DNA of 64,000 nt, taken from an uncultured delta proteobacterium. Its GTDB lineage: Bacteria > Desulfobacterota > Binatia > Binatales > Binataceae. A model generated the notes under the pieces. That model was not told where the DNA came from, did no database searches, and saw nothing but the letters and a program-made list of their open reading frames with translations. Below, piece by piece: positions 63,769-64,000 of the stretch; positions within the stretch are counted from its first letter, which is position 1; every line of letters begins with the position of its first letter. Both the position numbers and the translations under genes were made by a program. The DNA lies in NCBI GenBank assembly GCA_963850125.1, contig CAWKKB010000014.1:97284-161283 (forward strand). The letters are read 5' to 3'.

Positions 63769-63975
63769 ATGAAATATCGTTTCGCCTTCGTTGCGGCAGT
63801 TTTCTTTGCATCGGCGGCCCTTGAGCCAGCCGCGCCAATCACAGCCGAAGAAACGGACATGGCGGTCGAGGCCGACGCGGCACACGAGAAGGCGATCGAC
63901 CCTGCGAAGATTCCCCAATCGGTTGTAAATGCAGTCAACTCTCCGGATCGTCCGGCCGCCGACAAACAGGCTTGA
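63769..63975 (+). CDS. Secreted protein N-terminus (possibly a periplasmic methyltransferase-like protein; may be frameshifted at 63965-63975)
   Basis: MKYRFAFVAAVFFASAALEPAAP signal, then ...AVNSPDRPAADKQA-stop. The next frame continues RLDPGCKPQQM to the window end. agagg lies 7 nt before the ATG. Confidence 0.4.
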   Translation: MKYRFAFVAAVFFASAALEPAAPITAEETDMAVEADAAHEKAIDPAKIPQSVVNAVNSPDRPAADKQA

Positions 63976-64000
63976 CCCGGGATGTAAGCCACAGCAGATG

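Overview
GC-rich bacterial chromosomal segment (about 60-65% GC by eye over most of the window; no computation run). It holds about 70 protein-coding genes. I found no rRNA, tRNA or CRISPR array.

Positions 1-51.9 kb are a dense, mostly intact housekeeping and metabolic backbone. It includes trmJ, trmL, dtd, lgt, ctp, xseAB, tlyA, a ROK kinase, cca, thiC, bcp, methylmalonyl-CoA epimerase, a BMP-type ABC importer, SDRs, an enoyl-CoA hydratase, an LLM oxidoreductase, a sulfatase and two CPBP proteases. At least three families of short structured intergenic repeats are interspersed, plus one roughly 206-bp element bounded by 24-bp inverted repeats.

From about 51.9 kb to the window end the character changes. 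GC is visibly lower and there are many gene remnants:
- a catalase-related fragment
- a patatin-like gene whose motifs lie on opposite strands
- two rve-transposase remnants
- a DNA-ligase tail and a CoA-transferase tail
- a multiply frameshifted cupin and an SDR fragment
- a zinc-ribbon/TPR remnant of a large STAND-type ATPase

This looks like a decaying acquired island, though indel-rich assembly cannot be excluded without reads.

I did not find a clearly novel system. The candidates are an apparently intact orphan operon inside the island and two small secreted metal-ligand-rich loci.
- Orphan operon (53.4-57.9 kb, minus strand): a 1123-aa signal peptide + PBP1-like + polytopic membrane protein with three small unknown ORFs.
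- 46.9-48.1 kb: a secreted 7-Cys peptide, a Cys/His protein and a DUF2231 membrane protein.
- 35.9-36.6 kb: a Gly/His/Trp-rich exported protein next to a zinc-ribbon protein.

All functional calls come from reading the supplied translations and my own translations against remembered family motifs. No database search was run.
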